Source: the human T2T-CHM13v2.0 reference genome, Homo sapiens
Strand: one strand, 5' to 3'
DNA: 64,000 nt
Assembly: GCF_009914755.1 (NCBI RefSeq)
Contig: NC_060941.1
The first letter of the stretch is position 1, and each line of letters starts with the position of its first letter. Below are positions 55,766 to 64,000 of this stretch, piece by piece. The notes beneath the pieces are model-generated. The model had not been told where the DNA came from and did no database searches. It saw nothing but the letters and a program-made list of their open reading frames with translations. The position numbers were made by a program, and so were the translations under genes.

Positions 55766-56165
55766 CAAACCCTGAGGCAGTACTGCAGTGGGGAGTCCCT
55801 TTGAGATCTGAGTGGTTCCAGTTGCTGAAGACAAGGTGATATTAAACACACAAATATGTTGGTCAACTCAATCACATTATTTACTCTGCATGGCTCCTTA
55901 TCAGCTGTTTCACTTGCCTTCAAAAGGAATTATTTGTTTCCTTCAAAAAGGAAAACACTTTGTGATCCCAAGTCCTCTCACTTTATTGATTATTATTTTT
56001 TACCGATCCTCATTTCTTTGTTTATTTAGCAAACATTTGTTGAAACCCTGCTATGTGGCATGCAGGTGCTAGGGATACAACAGAGAACACAACTGACCCT
56101 GTCCTCATGAAGCATAGAAGTGTGACAGACCAGTAAACCAGCAAGCAATTACAGTAGAGTAGTAG

Positions 56166-57091
<926 letters not shown>

Positions 57092-57158
57092 TTAGTTACT
57101 GTATTTTTCAAATTTCCTGTAATATAGCTTTTTTTAATTCTAAAGCTAATAAACATAA

Positions 57159-57391
<233 letters not shown>

Positions 57392-57856
57392 TGAACTCCT
57401 AACCTCAGGTGATCTGCCCGCCTCGGCTTCCCAAAGTGCTGGGATTACAGGTGTGAACCACTGTGCCCAGCCAATTATTTAATTTTCAAAGGAATTGTGT
57501 TCTATGCCCTGAAGATCTTGAGTGGGGACCTTGAGGCTGTTACTGGGAATGTGGTTGAGGGCTTTCTTCCAGCCCTGCTGCAGCTTGGCTTGGCTGGACA
57601 AACACAGTGACCTGAGAACAGGGCTAGATGTTTCTTCTTGGTGGGACCCTGGGAGCTTTATTTACAAAGGACATTCTGTCCCACAGCCCAAATTGCTCCC
57701 TCACTCCAGCATCTGCTGTATTGACTGAGCCCTTTAGAGAGGCTGCTTTGACCCATCCTGTCCCTCAAACTCTGGGTCACAGTGCTCAGTGTCCACCTTG
57801 GTCATGACAGCCTTTGGCATGGTCCTCTTCACTTAGAAGTAGCTTCTGGGTCCTGA

Positions 57857-58066
<210 letters not shown>

Positions 58067-59392
58067 TAGCCAGCTAATTTTGGTAATTTTTGTAGAGACA
58101 GGGTTTCACCGTGTTGCCCAGACCGGGGCTACAGTTTCTGTTTAGGTTGATGCAAAAGTTTTGGAAATAAATAGTGGAGGAAATATAGGGTACAGACTTT
58201 CAATTATAAGAAGAATTCTGGGGATCTAAGGTGCAGTATGGATGGGGATGGATGTGTTCATTAATGCGATTGTGGGAATCATTACACAATGTGCACATAT
58301 GTCAAATCATGTACACATTGAATATATACAATCTTTCTTTGTCAATTAAATATTTGTTAAAATAGTGGGGATAATTGCACAACATTGTGAATATAATTGA
58401 ATGCAATCGATGACATAGTATTGTACACTTAGAAATGATTAAGATGGGTGGGGCATGGTGGCTCATGCCTGTAATCACAAAGCTTTGGGAGACTGAGGCT
58501 GGAGGATTGTTTGAAGCCAGAAGTTGGAGTCCAGCTTGGGCAACAAAGCAAGCCTCTGTCTCTGTGAAAATAGAAAAATAAAAAAATTAGCCAGGTTTGG
58601 TAGTACGTTCCCATAGTCCCAGCTACTCAGGAGGCTGAAGCAGGAGGATCACTTGAGCCCAGGCATTCAAGGCTGCAGTGAGCTCTGATTGTACCACTGC
58701 ACTCAAGCCTGAGTGACAAAGTGACCCCCTTGTCTCTAAAGAAAAAAATGGTTAAAATGGCAAATTTTGTGTTTAGATTTTATCACAATTTTTTAATTTA
58801 TATATATTTTTCTTTTTTTTTTTTTTTTTTGTTTTTTTTTTGGAGCAACCTTATTAACCGAACCACAATTTAAGTAAAAAAAGAAAAAAAAAAGTCCAGA
58901 ATGCACTAAAGGGAGGTTTCATGAAATCACCTGGGACTGACTGAGCCACAGTAGGAGATCTGGATTTAGGCCCTGTTCCGCTTCTTATTTGGCTCCATGA
59001 CCTTGGGTAACTTAAATCCTCTGAGGCTCAGCTTTCTCTTCTGTAAAGTGGCCTGATGTGATGCTGCCCTCTGAGGGTGTCATGAAGCTAAAATATGATC
59101 AAATGTGTGACGCTCTTGTAAAAAAAACACTCAGTAATTGTTCATTAGCATTGTCCTACAACCACCACCACCAAAAAAAAAAAAAAAAAAAAAAAAAGAA
59201 AGAAACAAAGAAAAGAAAAAAGAAGGGAAAAGAAAAGAAAGCATTATAAACAAAATACCAGAGTACATTGTTTTGCTCTGAGGATGCCTGAAATGCCACA
59301 TTAAGGCTGTTTGATGGGAACCTCCAGAAATAAGGAAGGGAAGAGGGGAAACTAAAGGAATCTCTCAATCTCTGGCTCCTCACTATGAATGA

Positions 59393-59734
<342 letters not shown>

Positions 59735-60779
59735 TGAGCCACTGCGCCCGGCTTTTTTTAAAGTTTCTGAGATTCAACCAGAGCCTACTTAGAACTGGGT
59801 TGGCTTTTGTGGGACCTACAGGGAGGTGGCAGTGAGACCTAAGGTGTCAGAGAAGCAAAGGAGCACAGACTGGTGAAGGCTCGGGTGCCGAGGAAGCACC
59901 CCCAGCATCACAATTTTGTCCCAGTGTTGGGCAGAGGAGAAATGTCCTTAGCTTGTCTCCTCTTCTCCCTCTCTCCCTCTTTCCTTTGCCTTCATACCTT
60001 AAGTTGACTTTCCCATCTTTCTCCTGGGAGATTTATTTCTGTCCCTTTTTTCATCTAAAGCAACGGAAATGAATCATCTTTCAGCCGGTTTAATAAACAG
60101 CCCCATGCCCCCTGACCCCAGCTGACTCTCTCACTGGTTCCTCTGTGGCTGCTCCTGGGCTAGGCCTCACCCCCTCACAGGCAAGACCCCCTCATGGCTG
60201 GCTATTCTTGGTAATACTCTCCACCCTCCCTTCCTGCTCAGTCCTGGCAGCTTGACCTCCTCCACCCCAGGGATGACGGGAATCACACACAGCATTCCAA
60301 GCGACAATTCCACAAGCTGACCATAGGGGCAGGGGAAGCAAGGAGGCCACCATGTTTGGAGGGTTTCTTTGTGCCATTTCAATGACCCTATTAGTGGATC
60401 TTACGCTCTCCATTTAACAGTTGAGGGTTTGGAGGCTCAGAGAAGTGAAGGAACTTGCCCAGAGACAAACAGTTGGGAAATGTGGAAATGAAGGAGTCAA
60501 CATTTAAAGCCTGAATTTCTGGATTCCTGAATTCATTCCATTACACCATATTGCTGTGCGTGTGTGTGCACGTGTGTGCTTGCGCCCGCATGTATGTTGA
60601 ATGGGAGTGTGGGCAGGTCAGCTAGAACATCAGCTGCAATTCACCAGGATGGAAACCTGATTTTATCCTGAAGGTTAACACCTGTCTATCATATGCATAT
60701 GGCTTAATGCATCTGTGTGCATTAAGGTATTAACCTACATAGAAGATGGCAAGTATGTACAGTATATATTTCACCAGGA

Positions 60780-61075
60780 GGCCCATGAGTCATTGCAGAT
60801 GATGTCAAGGAGTAACGAAGATGATGTCAAGCAGTAACAAAGATGGGAGAGAGGGAAAGAGGAAATGAAATGCCCACATTTAAGACCACCTATACCCTGC
60901 CTTCACCTCGCGGTGATGGAACTTCACAGGTTAAAGTGCCTGGCTGTGTCCACCTTGGTGAAACCACACTTTTCTGGTGAACAAAATCATGCAACTATTA
61001 GTTGGACTTCTAAAAATGTGCAGGTATCATTTATAGGAGCAATATGGAATACAGACATAAAACTGCTGACGTCAA
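60780..61075. promoter_or_regulatory. Putative ADAP2 proximal enhancer (AP-1, ATF/JUN, ETS-IRF composite, CRE motifs)
   Basis: ATGAGTCAT 60785-60793; TGATGTCA x2; GAGGAAATGAAA 60859-60870; TGCTGACGTCA 61064-61074. Confidence 0.55.
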
Positions 61076-61509
61076 ACTCCCTGGTGTGGACATGTGTATG
61101 TGTCTGCGGTCAGAGAGTGGAATTAACACAAGTATATAAATAACCGTGATGCAAGGTAGATAGAAAGTGCTCAGGTCCAAAACAAATAGACAGATACTAC
61201 AAGAGTATTCTTGGAGACCCAGAGGCTGGAAAGATTACTCCAGGCAGGGTATCACAGAGGGCTTCCTGAGGAGGTGGCATTTGCATATAAATACGTCTCC
61301 AAATAGATGTAAGATCTTACATTAACAGAACGCTTTAACAGAAGTTAGATTCTGGTTAATTTTCCAAGAAGCGCTGAGATGCAGACATATGCCCTTGTTC
61401 CTCTTTCATAGACGCGGAAACTGAGACCCACAGAGGTTGAATAGGTTGTCCACAGTCTCGTAGCTACCAAGTGACAGGCCACGATTTGATCTCAGGCCAG
61501 TGTGTTAAA

Positions 61510-62600
61510 CTCCAATTTGCGTGCTCCTGTCCCTCCCCGCGCGTCGGCGGAGCTCGGGGCCGGACTGGACCTGCCGAGGGAGGGGCGGACAGTCCTGACG
61601 GTGCGGGGCGGGGCTGGCGGCTGCCCAGGCCTGGCTGAGGCGCCGCGGCCGGGTCCCTCTCCACCTGCCGGGCGGAGCGCACGGGCCATGGGCTGAGCCC
61701 CGCTGAGCCCGCCGGGCCGGCCATGGGCGATCGCGAGCGCAACAAGAAGCGGCTGCTGGAGCTGCTGCGGGCGCCGGACACAGGCAACGCGCACTGCGCC
61801 GACTGCGGGGCGGCAGGTAAGGGCGCGGCGGCGCGGGCAGCGCGAGACCCCCGGCCGGACCCCAGGCCCACCCGACTCCTCCCCTCGGCCCCACCGGGTC
61901 CCGCCCTCGGCCCCCTGGACCCAGACGTGGCACCTGCGGGCCCCGACCCCTCCCACCCACACCGTGAACCTCTCACCCGAGCCCCGAGGGCCGTCTCCAC
62001 CACACCCTGCCCCGGCCCCTACGAGCCCAGGCTCTGCTCCCCTCGCGGGACCAGATGCGCATCTTCCCACGTGCTTGGACCCGGACACGAGAGCCGGCAG
62101 CCTAGAGCCCTTCCAGTCCCGCTCTCTTCCCTGGCCAGGCACCCGACCGCCCGAGTCCGGGCTCTCGATGTCTGCGCACCCAGGCGCGCCCCACGCCCTC
62201 GGACTCAGACATCCCAGCCAGGGCTAAACGTCGGGCCCAGGCCGCCGACAGTCCTGTGCCCCCTGCCCGCTCCCAGACGCCCCCCGAAGGCCTCCCCAGC
62301 GCCCCACCTCGGGGACGCCGAGGGCCCCCTAACTCAGCCTCCCCACCTGCAGCTCCGCGCCGAGCCCCGCGGTGCGCCCCCCGCGCCCTCCTCTCGGTTC
62401 CTTCTGAGTCCCTTCACTTCCACGTCGCGCAGCCTCAGACTCTCTCCCCGGGCCCTGAACTGCCTCCAGGATCTTCACCCCGGTCGCCGCGCAGCGGCCG
62501 GTGGGCTAACCAGAAGGTGCCAGGCTGGCCGCTTAGTTCGCCTTAGGTGGGAGAAGGGGCGCCCCACCTGCCCCAGTGCCCCGAGCCCAGCCCTGGTTTC
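61510..62600. promoter_or_regulatory. CpG-island promoter/first intron of ADAP2 with GC boxes (61578-61614)
   Basis: Very CpG-rich; GGGGCGGAC and GGGGCGGGGC Sp/KLF motifs upstream of the ATG. Confidence 0.85.
61723..61816 (+). CDS. ADAP2: ADAP2 (centaurin-alpha2) exon 1, MGDRERNKKRLLELLRAPDTGNAHCADCGAA
   Basis: gccATGG Kozak, gcag|GTAAGG donor; first CxxC of the ArfGAP zinc finger. Confidence 0.96.
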
Positions 62601-62647
62601 TTCACCGCGCTTTCCGCTCAGCTCCTCTCCTGCCTCATCCCCTGCAG

Positions 62648-62778
62648 ATCCCGACTGGGCCTCTTACAAGCTGGGGATCTTCATCTGTCTCAACTGCTGC
62701 GGCGTCCACCGTAACTTCCCTGACATCAGCAGAGTTAAATCTGTGCGACTTGACTTCTGGGACGACAGTATTGTGGAG
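62648..62778 (+). CDS. ADAP2: ADAP2 exon 2, DPDWASYKLGIFICLNCCGVHRNFPDISRVKSVRLDFWDDSIVE
   Basis: cctgcAG acceptor, ggag|GTAGAA donor; completes the C-x2-C-x16-C-x2-C-x4-R ArfGAP signature. Confidence 0.96.
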
Positions 62779-62916
62779 GTAGAAAGGCATGCCCGTGGAG
62801 AGCCATGGAACTGCGGGACTGGAGTAGAGGCAGCGGGCAGGGGGCTCCCATTCTACAGAGGGGGAAACTGAGAACCAGAGAGGGGCAAGTCTAGCTAGAG
62901 GAAACACAGCTTATAA

Positions 62917-63252
<336 letters not shown>

Positions 63253-63326
63253 TGAACCATCCTGAACCGCTCCTGGCCATCATTTGCTTACCTATAAGCT
63301 GGGAGGCCCTGAGCTAGGTACTTTGA

Positions 63327-63590
<264 letters not shown>

Positions 63591-64000
63591 TAGCAGAGAC
63601 GGGGTTTTGCCATGTTGGTCAGTCTGGTCTCGAACTCCTGACCTTGGGTAATCCACCCTCCTCGGCCTCCCAAAGTGCTGGGATTACAGGCGTGGGCCAC
63701 TGTGCCTGGCCACTACCACCAATGTCACAGCACTGTTGTGAAGATGATTGTAGGCTCAGTCCAGACACAAAGAAAGCTGTCAGTTAACAGTTGCTGTTGT
63801 ACGGGTGTGGTGGCTCACACCTATAATCCCAGCACTTTGGGGGGCTGAGGCTGGTGGATTGCTTGAGCCCAGAAGTTCAAGAGCAGCCTGGGCAACATGG
63901 TGAAACCCCGTCTTTACAAAAAATACAAAAATTAGCTGGGTGTGATGGCATGCGCCTGTCGTCCCAGATACTTCGGGGGCTGGGGTGGGAAGATCACCTG

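Noticed and set aside
55700-56110. Tail-to-tail L2 ends, an arrangement that has produced miRNAs elsewhere
   Set aside because: About 250-nt spacer and high divergence; no pre-miRNA-sized hairpin seen
60865-61143. 92-aa ORF with a CAG|GTATCA donor at 61023/61024 as an alternative ADAP2 coding first exon
   Set aside because: Donor is phase 0 in this frame whereas exon 2 needs phase 1; the peptide is unrecognisable
61464-62142. Long overlapping minus-strand ORFs in the ADAP2 island (and similar ones at 45873-46381)
   Set aside because: Expected from stop-codon scarcity in GC-rich DNA; no recognisable domains

Overview
Human (primate) genomic DNA, recognisable from the encoded proteins as the ATAD5-TEFM-ADAP2 segment of 17q11.2, which by established knowledge lies in the NF1 microdeletion interval. 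The window holds the last 14 coding exons of ATAD5 (+ strand, 137-34622; RFC1-like AAA+ PCNA unloader), the complete TEFM gene (- strand, 4 coding exons, 360 aa, 45907-38878) and the promoter plus exons 1-2 of ADAP2 (+ strand, from 61723; ArfGAP zinc finger). All exon phases join up. Roughly half of the window, judged by eye, is Alu sequence, with L1, L2, MIR, MLT1, Tigger/Charlie fossils and a U6 pseudogene. Almost all short ORFs in the track are Alu-derived artefacts. I found no new multi-gene system. The most notable unexplained structures are: (1) a perfect 80-bp tandem duplication that copies the TEFM exon-1 splice donor and a hairpin; (2) an ADAP2 intron 1 that is 831 nt, in frame and stop-free, splitting the zinc finger; (3) a T12(GT)9AG acceptor on a frame-shifting ATAD5 exon; (4) uORFs in both the ADAP2 and TEFM leaders; (5) a dense AP-1/CRE/ETS-IRF motif cluster with nested palindromes upstream of ADAP2.
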